A stretch of DNA of 64,000 nucleotides from Octopus vulgaris (taxonomy: Eukaryota): positions 41,788,001 to 41,852,000 of the forward strand of contig OX597835.1 in assembly GCA_951406725.2 (NCBI GenBank). The letters are read 5' to 3'. The notes beneath the pieces were generated by a model. It was not told where the DNA came from, ran no database searches, and saw only the letters and a program-made list of their open reading frames with translations. Made by a program: the position numbers and the translations under genes. The first letter of the stretch is position 1. Each line of letters begins with the position of its first letter. This document shows, piece by piece, positions 11,373 through 23,483 of the stretch.

Positions 11373-11780
11373 GGATCTTTTCGGTTTGAACGGCAGTTTT
11401 TAAAAATAATTTCCACGTAACTAAACACTTTTAAACTTCGTATACTGGTAGAATGTGTTTATAAAACATCTTTTTCTCTTGGCTTTATTGAGAAAATTCT
11501 ATAGTTTGTAAGATATTTGTTGTTGTTTTTCTTCAGTTTCTCCAATTTCAACCAATCACTGACGTCTATTGAAGTAAAAAAAACATTCTGTGCCGTATGA
11601 ATATGTCCCTCGTTTAAGAAACAGATTGGGTTTATTTACATTTGTGAAGAAAAAAAGATACCCCTAACCCTAACCCTAAAACAGATTGAAATGCAATAGA
11701 TCGATACTAGGGTCATAATTATGGGTGACAATTTCATATGACACCGCTAGAAAAAACTGCCGTTCAAACCGAAAAGATCC
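11373..11780. mobile_element. MITE family M1 (TIR GGATCTTTTCGGTTTGAACGGCAGTTTT, internal TTAGGG repeats)
   Basis: 28-bp TIRs; imperfect 9-bp TSD tagggcctc/tagggccat. Confidence 0.9.
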
Positions 11781-12150
11781 TAGGGCCATTCTGTAAATCA
11801 CAAATTATTATTATTAGCATATTTTTACAGGAAGAAAAGAAAGTAAAAAAACATTAAAAGTATAATAGTTCAAATTGTCGAAAGAGAAAAAAACCCTAAC
11901 TACTTCATCAAAGAAAAAGATGGGGTATGAAACAGAAGATGGAAGGGTGGTTAGGAACAGGTTGTACACCTGAGAACAATTGGCGGATTCAGCCGCACCT
12001 CGCGTATATGATTGCTAAAGGCGTTGCCGCGGAGAATTGCCTAAGACACTCATTGCAACAGCCATCCCACCACATTTCTATAAACTTTAAACTTTATTGT
12101 CGTTATGCACAAGTATTGTTATTTAATTAGCGATGTTAATATACCATATT

Positions 12151-12561
12151 GGATCTTTTCGGTTTGAACGGCAGTTTTTTCTAGCGGTGTCATATGAAAT
12201 TGTCACCCATAATTATGACCCTAGTATCGATCTATTGCATTTCAATCTGTTTTAGGGTTAGGGTTAAGGGTGGGGGGAAGGGTATCTTTTTTTCTTCACA
12301 AATGTAAATAAACCCAATCTGTTTCTTAAACGAGGAACATATTCATACGACACAGAATGTTTTTTTTTACCTCAATAGACGTCAGTGATTGGTTGAAATT
12401 GCAGAAAAAAAACAACAAATATCTTACAAACTATAGAATTTTCTCAATAAAACCAAGAGGAAAAGATGTTTTATAAACACATTCTACCAGTATACGAAGT
12501 TTAAAAGTGTTTAGTTACCAAGAAATTACGTTAAAAACTGCCGTTCAAACCGAAAAAATCC
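12151..12561. mobile_element. MITE M1 copy with 41-bp flanking duplication
   Basis: TIRs; 12110-12150 repeated at 12562-12602. Confidence 0.9.
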
Positions 12562-15004
12562 CAAGTATTGTTATTTAATTAGCGACGTTAATATACCATA
12601 TTTGATGACATAAACCGACGGGTATATAAGTCGTACGCCAATTTCAGCTGCACAAATTAAAAATGAAAAAAGGGCTTTTAGTTCATTAAGGTATGTAATA
12701 TCTAAAACAACTTCGCATTGGGACCTAGGGTAATATTTTTGGAAAAAGTGTCTTATATGTCATCATATACGCTTTGTACATAAAAATTAAGATCGCCAAT
12801 ATGTGACATTGTTTTCCCAAGACATTTTTCGTAACTAAAACTAGCTTTTTCAGAACATTTTTTTACTATTGGTTTTATTTCCGTTCAACTATTCAAGCTA
12901 GACACCAACCACATTTCCTCTAAATACGCATGAAGGGCTCACTAACATTATGGACCCAACCTCTCTTCCTCTCATTAACTTTTCAAATTATCGTAATAAA
13001 GACAGTATAATATTCGTCAATTTTACAGTGTTGTTTATATCAGTGGAATTATGAAAGAGCTAGGCCTCTATGTGGCTGCTGGAATTATTAGAAAAGCAGC
13101 AAAATCTCTCTAAAAGCACAACGCTACGGTCTTGAACAAGTCTGAACACATTATAAAATTGTAGACCTCGATAGACTACATCTGGAAATAAGACTGGAAT
13201 GTCTTTGATGGTAAGTCTACCCATTTAAAGAAGGCTTGCTGTTAAACAACAATCATCTATCTAGAAATAATTATGTCGTCTCAGGCACCAAAAAAGTGAA
13301 ACAGTGATCTTGTTTACCCTCATCTCAAGCTGTCCAAGAGCCCCCTATTGAGGCCTAAATTTACAGCTAGATTTAATACATATGGTTGAATAATATTTAA
13401 GCCGAGGTCGACTTTGCCTTTCATCCTTTCAGGGTCGATAAATTAAGTACCAGTTACGCACTGGGGTCGATGTAATCGACTAAATCCCTTTGTCTGTCCC
13501 CTCTATGTTTAGCCCCTTGTGGGTAGTAAAGAAATATATATTTATTTATCCATAACCCACTCCGTGGAACTTTGATAATTATGAGATTAAGTGTTTTGGC
13601 TCGAGGCCCAAGTTCCGACGAAACACAAATCCTCAGCCCTCAACGTGTAAACAAGGATGTAATAATCCATTTGCTTAAATTTTTTTTCAACAAAACATCA
13701 TTTCTTCGAGAAAAATAATGAAAATAATGTCGTGTAATAGAATGGTTTCGAATTTTGGCACAAGGCCAGCAATTTTACAGGAGGAGTAAATAGATTACAT
13801 CAACTCCAGTGTTCTTCTGGTCCTTATATTATCAACCCTAAAAGGAGGAAAAGCAAAGTCGACCTCAGAGAAATTTAAACTCAAAATATAATGCAGTAGT
13901 AATAATAATAATAATGATTTCTATAAAAAGCATTAACATATTACTCTTTCACTTTCTATAATTATACTAAACAAAAGATTACAGAGCAAAGGTAAAGAAT
14001 ACGTACACCACCTGTTGTTGGTGGTTAGGGATAAGGTTAGGATTAGGTTTAGGGTTACCCCGAAGATGGGTGGTGTGCGTATTCTTTACCTCCGCCAGAT
14101 TGAATTATTAATTAATACATTTCATTAATTTTTTTTTATGATTTATACTTTTCGAAAAATTTTAATAAATACGTATTCAATGTTTTCGTTTCTTTAATTG
14201 CGTAGTGTCTATCCTATTTTATATTTTAAATGCAGGGTGTTTTGTACAAAAGAATGGGTTTGTGGGCCATGAACGCTACACAACAATTACGAGAAACAAT
14301 TGACTTTATGGCTGTTTGTCCAATTCCCTAGTGACCAAACCATTTACACAAACCTCGAACATATATATATATATTTCAAAAATTAAACACACATACACAC
14401 ACACAGACACGCATTAAAGTCTAAGTTTTCATTAAACGAAAAACATTGTAGAAACCTTAACAAAACATGAAACTGAAAGGATTCAACTATAAAGTGGTGT
14501 CCCAGATTGAGAGGAGGGAGAAATTGTTTTAAAAACACAAAAAATATCTTGCCTTATTGTTATATTTGAGCATGTATGGTGCTACTTTCCATGTTAACAA
14601 ATACCTCGGTTTGATAACACTGGATTTATCTGTTTAGATAATTTAAATGTTCTCTACATTTATAAATAGACACGAGGTACAAAGTCCACTAGGCCTTCCA
14701 GCTGGTTTTCCCTTTCTATCTCTCTCTCAAACACACACATCTGTATGTCTGTGTATACAATCACACAATTTATTAAAATAGTTCACGAAAGTTCGAGATT
14801 ACAGCTCAACGAAAAGAGTCAGTCTGTATGTGTGTGTGTTTAGAGTAGAACAAGTGTTTCAATATGCTAAAAGACCTAGAACAACCACAAAGCATAAACA
14901 AACGCATAAAACTGCGAATCCAACTTTCTTGTGGACCTTTTGTGACTGCTTTTCTCTGTTTATGACCCTACACTTTCAGCTAGTGAGGAAAATATTCATG
15001 TATT

Positions 15005-15410
15005 GGATCTTTTCGGTTTGAACGGCAGTTTTTCTAGCGGTGTCATATGAAATTGTCACCCATAATTATGACCCTGGTATCGATCTATTGCATTTCAATC
15101 TGTTTTAGGGTTAGGGGTGGGGGGAAGGGTATCTTTTTTCTTCACAAATGTAAATAAACCCAATCTGTTTCTTAAACGAGGGACATACTCATACGGCACA
15201 GAATGTTTTTTACCTCAATGGACGTCAGTGATTGGTTGAAATTGCAGAAATTGAAGAAAAAAAACAAATATCTTACAAACCATAGAATTTTCTCAATAAA
15301 GCCAAGAGAAAAAGATGTTTTATAAACACATTCTACCAGTATATGAAGTTTAAAATTTTTTAATTACGTGGAAATTATGTTAAAAACTGTCGTTCAAACC
15401 GAAAAGATCT
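15005..15410. mobile_element. MITE M1 copy with 20-bp flanking duplication
   Basis: TIRs; gaggaaaatattcatgtatt on both sides. Confidence 0.9.
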
Positions 15411-15430
15411 GAGGAAAATATTCATGTATT

Positions 15431-16990
15431 TTATGAGGAGCTTAAAAGTATTCTGTCTGTCCCTTTGAATGAGAAGTTGGTTGTGCTAAGTGACCTTAAT
15501 GCACGTGTAGGTAGATACTATGGTGCTTGGAACGTACTTGGGCGTTACAGTATAGGAAAGGTGAACGACAATGGAATGCATCTGCTACAAATGTGCTCTG
15601 AGCTAGGATTGGTTGTTGGGAATACTTTCTTTCATCATAAGTTGAAGCATAAAGTTACCTGGATTCACCCAAGATCAAAACAAGGTCACATGATCGAAGG
15701 CTGACTTACAAGATCTACGCAGTCTCAGCGCATTACGAGGCGTTGATTGTGATACTGATTACAAAATGGTTACGGCCAAGTTCAAGTCCAGGGTCCGCAA
15801 GAAGATTCACAGTGCAGGTGTACGAGTACCAAAGAAAATTGGTGTAGAGCAGGTAGAACAGCCGCTAGTTTTGCGGTTATTTCAGGAGAGATGCAAAGCG
15901 GTTCGCCAAACGTGATCGATAAAATAACTTAGCGGTTCGCCAACGGAGATCGATGAAATAACATTCCATTTTGAAGGTTCGTGGCAATCTTTCCGGTATG
16001 GAATATATAAAATGGGATCAGAGATGTTAGGTTTTAAGAGGAGACAGCACCGAGACTTGTTTGATTCCAATAACACGGTGATAAATGACAACAAAGAGGA
16101 CCACTCATGAAAAACTTCTTGACCCAAACGTTAAGAAAAAAGTGCAACTAGAAAGGTTGTACAAATCTCAGAAAGCAGACTTGCAAAAAGAACTCAGGAG
16201 GCTTAAAGACACTTGGTGGAGAAATTTGTCTGAGGAAGTACAGGCAGCATATGACAGGAAAGACATTGAAAATTTTTATATTTTATTGCAGTAAGCTTTT
16301 GGACCGCAATCTTCATATGTTCCCTTGGAGTCATAAGATGGAAATGAAGTTATTAAAGATCCTACTGGAATAATGAATAGATGGAGAGAACACTTTGCAG
16401 ATCTTTTCCATAATCCGTCCGTAGTGAACATGGATATCATAAACAACATTCCGCAAAGAGAGATGGTGCAACGATACACCTTCCATTGAAGAAGTAAATC
16501 TGGCATTATGTAAACTGAGATCAGGTAAAGCTCGCAGATTGGATGGCATTCCAGATGAAATTCTGAAAGCAGGTGGGGATTGTATTTCATCTGAAATTTA
16601 TAGTCTGATAACTCGAGTTTGGAATGAATCTTCTGTGCCACAGGAATGGATAAAAGGCATTCTAATCTCTCTATACAAGGGTAAGTGCCCAAAAGCAGCG
16701 TGTGGTAATTCTGACGGATAACTCTCCTGCCACATACCGGGAAGATACTTTCAAGGGTCATGTTAGATTGTCTCGTTGAGAATGTATGTCCACATATGAT
16801 TACTGAAGAACAGTGTGGCTTCAGACCTGAGCGAGGAACAATGGACATGATATTTTCTGCGAGGCAGGTTCAGGAGAAATGCTTAGAGGAACAGAGGCCA
16901 CTATACTAGATCTTCATAGATATAACTAAGGCATTTGACACAATAAACAGGGAAGATTGTTTTGTGTAAACTTGGTTGCCCAACATTTTG
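15431..16990 (+). mobile_element. RTE-clade LINE fragment (APE endonuclease to RT), degenerate
   Basis: SDLNARVG, NTFFHHK..VTWIHPRSK, DGIPDEILK, EEQCGFRPERGTMDMIFSARQVQEKC, FIDITKAFDT. Confidence 0.92.
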
Positions 16991-17592
16991 TGAGCATCTT
17001 TAACGTGAAATAACTTCATAAATATAAGTTTTTCTCAAAAATGCTAAGAGTAAAAGATGTTTTATATGACACATTCTACCAGTGTTCGAAGTTTGAAAGT
17101 GTTTAGTTACAAAAAATAATTATTTTAAATCTGTAGGTCAAAAGGTAAAGATCCACGTATAATTCTGCCCTTACGAAAACTGGGCAAATTTTTACAATTT
17201 TAAAGCCTTAAAAAAACAAAAAGAAACCGAGATGCACTTTTAGCCTCCCCTCGTCTTCCCCACTCCCTGCATGCGTCTTCAACAGACATTGTTACTAAAT
17301 ATTATCAAGCAGGACTCCTCCACCACACTCGTCCCTCCGTTCCTTTCAGTTTATCATTTCCGTTTTCGCATTTGAACTGATATGGAAATTACTTCTTGGT
17401 GATACAGAGGCGTAGTGTGGTTTTATGGTCAGAAGCTTGCTTCCCAACCACACGATTCCAGGTTCAGTATAGAAGTATGCGTCTATTCAGCTTGAACATC
17501 CGTGAAATTTCAATTTTCTCGAAGGGTTTACATTTGTAGACCTTGGGATGGTGTGGGCTCAAAAATCGGAAAATTGCAACAGCGTATGCGTT

Positions 17593-18420
17593 CGGTTCGC
17601 CAACAAGATCGATAAAATAACTTAGCGTTTCATCGAAGTAGATCGATAAAATAATCTAGCGGTTCGCCAAAGGAGATCGATGAGATAACTTAGCGGTTCG
17701 CCAAACGTGACCGATAAAATAACTTAGCGGTTCGCCAAAGGGGCTCGATAAAACGGCGGTGCATCAGCATGGCCGCAGCTCTGAGCTGAAACTAGAGAAA
17801 AAAAAATTTGCTTTTACACCATCACATAAGGAAAAAATGCGTTAGTACAGTCTTAACCCCAGGCAGATCTTACGCCAGCTGGTTATAGGTGCAGACTACA
17901 CCCTGTATATATTGCAAGCAGGGAAGCGAACCCCTACCGCCCTCCAGCAGACGACGGAATCACGGAACCGGCTCGGTTTCGGACTATTTCTGCCCATCCT
18001 CTGTCGCTAGGACTCTGGAGCGGACTGTGGCCATTCCTCCAGCGACCGGGTGTTCGCGACTGAGGATGGGCAGAAATAACCCGAAACGGAGTCATCGATA
18101 AAATAACTTAGCGGATCGCCAAAGGCAATCGTTAAAATAACTTAGCAGTTCGCGAAAGCAGATCGATAAAATAACTTAGCGGTTCGCCAAACGCGATCGA
18201 TAAAATATCTTAGCAGTTCGCCAAACGAGATCGATAAAATAAATTAGCGGTTCGCCAAACAAAATCGATAAAATAACTTAGCATTTCATCGAAGTAGATC
18301 GATAAAATAACTTAGCGGTTCGCCAAAAGAGATCGATGAAATAAACTAGCGGTTCGCCAAACGAGATCGATAAAATAACTTAGCGGTTCGCCGGTTGTGA
18401 CCGATAAAATAACAGCGGTT
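17593..18420 (+). repeat. 34-bp minisatellite, two blocks (17593-17755 and 18094-18420)
   Basis: Unit gatcgataaaataacttagcggttcgccaaacga, about 5 plus 10 copies. Confidence 0.9.
18056..18097 (+). ncRNA. Hammerhead-like motif in inverted repeat 17971-18092
   Basis: CUGAGGA-u-ggg..ccc-GAAA-cggag-UC; stem I weak; mirror copy has a mutated core (CAGAGGA). Confidence 0.5.
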
Positions 18421-21400
18421 CTCTCGGACTCTCCCTTGCTCTCTATCTTTCTCCCATTTATAAAAAATTAGATTTCCGCGCCTAAATTATAAATTTCACT
18501 TCCACTTCACCATGTTGAAAATTAGATTGAAATCGGGCAAAATTTGTCCAATGTAGACCCCCAAAAATCAATAAAATCCCCGTTTTCACAGCAAAGCAAC
18601 CACTGTAGTGCCCCAAAATGTTTCCCAATCAATTTCTCACCTCAAGTTACCCACTCCTGTAAATTTTAATCCCCTTCCAGCCCCATTTAGACCCCTTTTT
18701 ACATAAAAATCCAATTTTTATCAACGTTTGTCTTCTTCATTTTACAGAGTAGACATATATACCCGGCCTTGCTCAGGATTAAAATAGTTTATTATTGTTG
18801 TACTTGTTCCGGTATTATAACCCGATTTCATACTAGTCTACGCGTGCCACATTTTAAAAGATGGGGAATTTTGCCCTAGAGGCCTGCATTTTAATTGAGC
18901 AGACTCAAAGCTGCCATGCAAACTCGGCAACCCTTTTAACATAGGTGTGCAATCCGACCACATATGCACACATTATATATATATATATATATACATACGC
19001 ATTAAATATGTACATATATACGCATTATATATACATGTCTACACACACACACACACACATATATATATAAATATATACACACATATATATATGTATACAC
19101 ATATATTTATTTACACACACATATATATAAATTAACACAATATATCTGATTAATAATATCTTTTATGATTGTGCGCTGGTGGTGGACGATAATAATTCGC
19201 CGTTCTAAAAGACCTGTGGCGGGAATACTTAAACTTTTGCGGTTGTCAACACTTTCTCAATATAGATAAAGACAGACGTACAGTGAGAGAGGTGGTGGAA
19301 GAAAGAGTGACAGAGAGACGGCGAAGCTGTCAAACGTCGTTATAGAGAGAAATTGGACGGAAGGGAGGAAAGAGAGAGATCGAGGAAGAGAGGGTGATAT
19401 GCGAAAGAGAGAAACGACAAACACTTGTCAAAGTGTGGGTTTTGTTGCCCTAGTAACCACAGCTTTTGAGATAGGGATTTCTAACCTAGTCCACTCACTT
19501 CCTCGCCTCTTTTTACATGTCCCTGTAAAGTTTGGAGCCAATCCGACCCCATCTAGTGCTCATTAACCCGTTCCATTTGCAAAATCAGACAAACTTTTCG
19601 CATTTCAGCTTTATAGATATTGAATGTATCACACAACTTCAGTTTGTCAATTCATAATAAACCTGTTCTGTGGCAAATAATATAGAAAGCCTACAACTGT
19701 AGACATTGGTATAAAACTGGTCTATGTTTTTGTGAACACATATTATCAGTTTAATTTATAGGAAATTATGATTATTTGTTACCCCGACACTCCTAAATAA
19801 TCATATCTACTTTCACATATCTTTGGGAGGCGAATAAGTGAAATTGGTCCAATCACATTCTGTACTTTTCTATTATATACTTCCTTCTATGCCACACCTC
19901 ACACTCCTCTACCAAGATTTTAAAACAGGTGACTAATCAACAAACCGACATTACACCCTATCACTTATAAGTGTGCGGTTATGCACACCCATCCACCTTT
20001 GTGTACACACACACAAACTTCCTAATTTAGCATACGTTTTTGTTCTTTAATCAAGAATATCCGAATGTTTATGTGCCTGCTTCGTTGTGTGAAGGTGCGT
20101 GGCTTAGTGGCGTATATATATTTACCTCTGGTCCATCACAGGATAACTCATTTTTGCCAGCTGAGTGGACTGGAGCAACATGAAGTGTTTTGCTCAAGAA
20201 CACAACCCGTCGCCCGGTTAAGGAATTGAAACCACAATTTTACGATCAGGAGTCCAACGCCCCTAATCACTAGGCCACATGCCTCTACAGTGTTTGATAT
20301 GATCGACGGAGAACCCATATGTGTGCGCGTGCGCGCGGTTTGTTATCTGTAATCTGTGACAGATGTCGTTTGATTGATGTTTTCTTTGTTTGTGGAATAA
20401 AACAGTTTGCTTAGCAACGAAAGTTCCGACCGCGATACGGCGATAAGCGACATAACATACAATACTGTTCGTTTCTATATTTTCACCCTATAACCCGCTC
20501 GAGTATTTCTATCGTTGTCCCTCGTCAATAAAAGCACTGATGAAAGGGCTTTTCTAAAAGCTACAGTCAGGGTTGATTAAAAAAAAAATCAGGGGTTACT
20601 CAGCAGTGGAGGAACTGGGATCACAAATTTTTACTAATATCAGCCAACAAAAGAGGTTCTAGGAATGGTAGTCAAATCTTCCCCAAATCAAAATCATCAT
20701 CAAAGGCGTTCCAGCCATGACTATTCGATCGATAATGTACTTAGAACTATATAATTCAATCTATTCTTATTTTTAAGACGGTATAATATAATTTAAGAAA
20801 GATTTGGCTGCTATTTCAACCAGTTCTAGTACTCATGTAAAAATTCCCTCAATGGCTTGTATAATTGTTTCGTTTCACCCCAGGTCATCTCTGATCAAAG
20901 GCTTTCCAACCTTGACCATTTTCTATATAAGGAACTACATTAATCAGTGTATTATTCTTTAGTCAACGCAAAAGTTTACTGTGTGTGCAAATTTTAATCT
21001 TTCTTTGCAAAGTGCGCATCGATGAGAGTAACCCTTTTCAATTTGCAGAAATTCTGTTTCATCAGGAAAATCTTGGGTGTGCAATTTCCTTTCTTTGTAC
21101 ACTAGTTGTAAAACGTGTGTGCGCGCAGAGGCGCACAACTTAGAGGAAACCGTGTTCGTGACTAACTTTTTGGTGGGCATCTGTTACATCAACGCAGTCT
21201 GTCGTCACGATATCTTTTATAAGGATTAAATTTATCTTCACCTATTGATGGCTGTTTCCACTGAAACAAGTTCAGGTAAACTCGTGTCTCCCCATCAAGT
21301 TGTGTTCTTGAATATCGAAATTTTCAACATGTCGAACAGGACAGGACCATCTTTGCAGTATTAAAGGACCTTGGGAAAAGTCAATGCACAGAATCCTGTA

Positions 21401-21706
21401 GTATTTATTGTCAGTAAGCCACAGAATACATAGGTCAGAATCGGCCCCCTAAACCGTTCATCCTGCAGGCAGATCAACTGGCTGGACCCCATAGTATTTA
21501 CTTATTGACAGCAAACCACAGCATACATAGATCAGAATCAGGTCCCCTACATATGTTGAACCTATCCATGCCTTAAGATGGTACTGATCCCGCGTACGAT
21601 TTTATGCAGAACAAGCCAATAAAACATTCTTGCTTCTCCACTGCTTACTGAATATTCATATGGCGATTGTCCATTTCCCCCCAAAGAATCTGGAGATGTT
21701 TTTATA

Positions 21707-23230
21707 TCAGGTCATCCTATAAATTCTGTCCGATTTTACCTTTTTAAAAATTGAATGAAATTTAATAGTATTTTAGAATGTCTAATGGAATTAATAATTA
21801 TTTTTATGCATTTGTGTACATTTAAACTAATTAAACATTATTTCACAGAATAACAGAATTAAAATTTCGTTGATTAAAACCATTTCTAACATGGAAGTAT
21901 CCAAAGAGCATTTAAGGCACATAATGCTTTATGAGTAAAAAAAAGGAAACTCTGCAGCCGAAGCGACTTGAAACATACACTCAGCTTATGGGAAAGAATG
22001 CTTGAATGAAAGAACTTGCAGAAGATGGTTTGCAAAATTCAGAAGTGGAGATTTCAGCCTTGAGGATGAAGCTCGAACAGAACGTCCAGTTGAGTTTGAT
22101 GATAAGCTCCTTAAGGCATTACTTTAAGAAAATCCTGCATTATCAGTTGAAGAATTGGCAATAAAGTTTAGTTCAAACCATACAACTGTTTATCGTCATC
22201 TTCAACAACTTGGAAAGGTTCCTCAACTTGGAAAATGAGTGCTTCATGAATTGTCCGAAAGCAACCGCAAATCCTGAGTTGACATTTGCTCTTCTCTCCA
22301 TTCTCACGAACTCATTTCACCCTTTTTGAATAGATTTGTGACTGGTGACAAAAAATGGATCTTCTACCGAAATGTTAAACGTCGTAAACAGTGGCTTGGT
22401 AAAAGGGAAAAGGCTCAACCACAACCGAGACGGGAACTTCATGGGAAAAAGGTTCTTCCCTCTACCTGGTGGGATTGCAAAGGAGTAATTCACTTTGAAT
22501 TGTTACCACTTAATGCAACAATCAATGCTCAAGTCTACTGTCAGTAATTAGAGCGTTTGAGCCAAGCTTTGAAGGAAAAAAGACCCGCTTTAGTGAATCG
22601 AAAAGGAGTGATGTTTCATCAGGACAATGCGCGATCCCACACTGCAAAGATCACATCACAGAAGATCGAAGAGTTTAGTTGGGAAAAAAAATTCTTCATC
22701 CACCTTATTCTCCCGATCTTGCTCCTTCAGACTACCATTTGTTTCGTTGTTTACAGAATCATTTGGGGGACATAACTTTCGCATAACTTTGGTTGAGCTT
22801 TTTTCCTTTTACCAAGCCACTATTTACGACGTTTAACATTTCGATAAAAGATCCATTTTCGTCATCAGTCACAAGTCTATCCAAAAAGGGTGAAATGAGT
22901 TCGCGAGAATGGAGAGAAGAGCAAATGTCAACTCAGGATTTGCAGTTGCTTTCGGACAATTCATGAGGCACTCATTTTCCAAATTTAGGAACCTTTCCAA
23001 GTTGTTGATGATGACGATGAACAGTTGTATGGTTTGAGCTAAACTGATATTTCAGAGTTCTTCGCTTTGAAACCAAAAGAGTTTTACATTGATGGGATTA
23101 AAAGGCTTGTAAGTAGATGGAAGGAAGTCATAGATAATCAGGGAAAGTACATTGATGATTAAATTTCAATTTAATATAACATTTGATCACTTGTTTTCTT
23201 TATTCGAAATTCGGACAGAACTTATGGGAC
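21707..23230 (+). mobile_element. Defective mariner (D,D34D) transposon with an internal inverted duplication
   Basis: TIR TCAGGTCATCCTATAAATTCTGTCCGA after TA with a partial right copy at about 23207-23230; transposase from ATG 21891 with TGDKKW, FHQDNA, YSPDLAPSDYHLF, RWKEVIDNQGKYIDD; several stops and frameshifts. Confidence 0.93.
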
Positions 23231-23483
23231 AGGGATGTTTGTTTTTCCCCCCTCTTCACGACATTATCTCTGGTCTAACGTCACTTGCCAACTACGCTGT
23301 CGATTGGCAACTCATTTCAATAACTCACAACTATCGTCTACTTCACCTCAAAAGTTTACGTCTTCTGATAATTATGGACCTGTCAAAACAGTCTTATCAA
23401 TTTCAGTTTTGACCCTGATTTTAGTTTTGAGTATTAACCTTCAGATAAAAGTATTGTTTGTTATTCAAAGTAATTAGATGTTA

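Noticed and set aside
11960-12070. Non-coding first exon or promoter of the EGF-membrane gene
   Set aside because: CpG-rich and plausibly placed, but the donor is weak (gtgtac) and boundaries cannot be supported without transcript data
17593-18420. CRISPR-like regularly spaced repeats
   Set aside because: Units are contiguous with no unique spacers, derive from a SINE tail, there are no cas genes, and the context is eukaryotic
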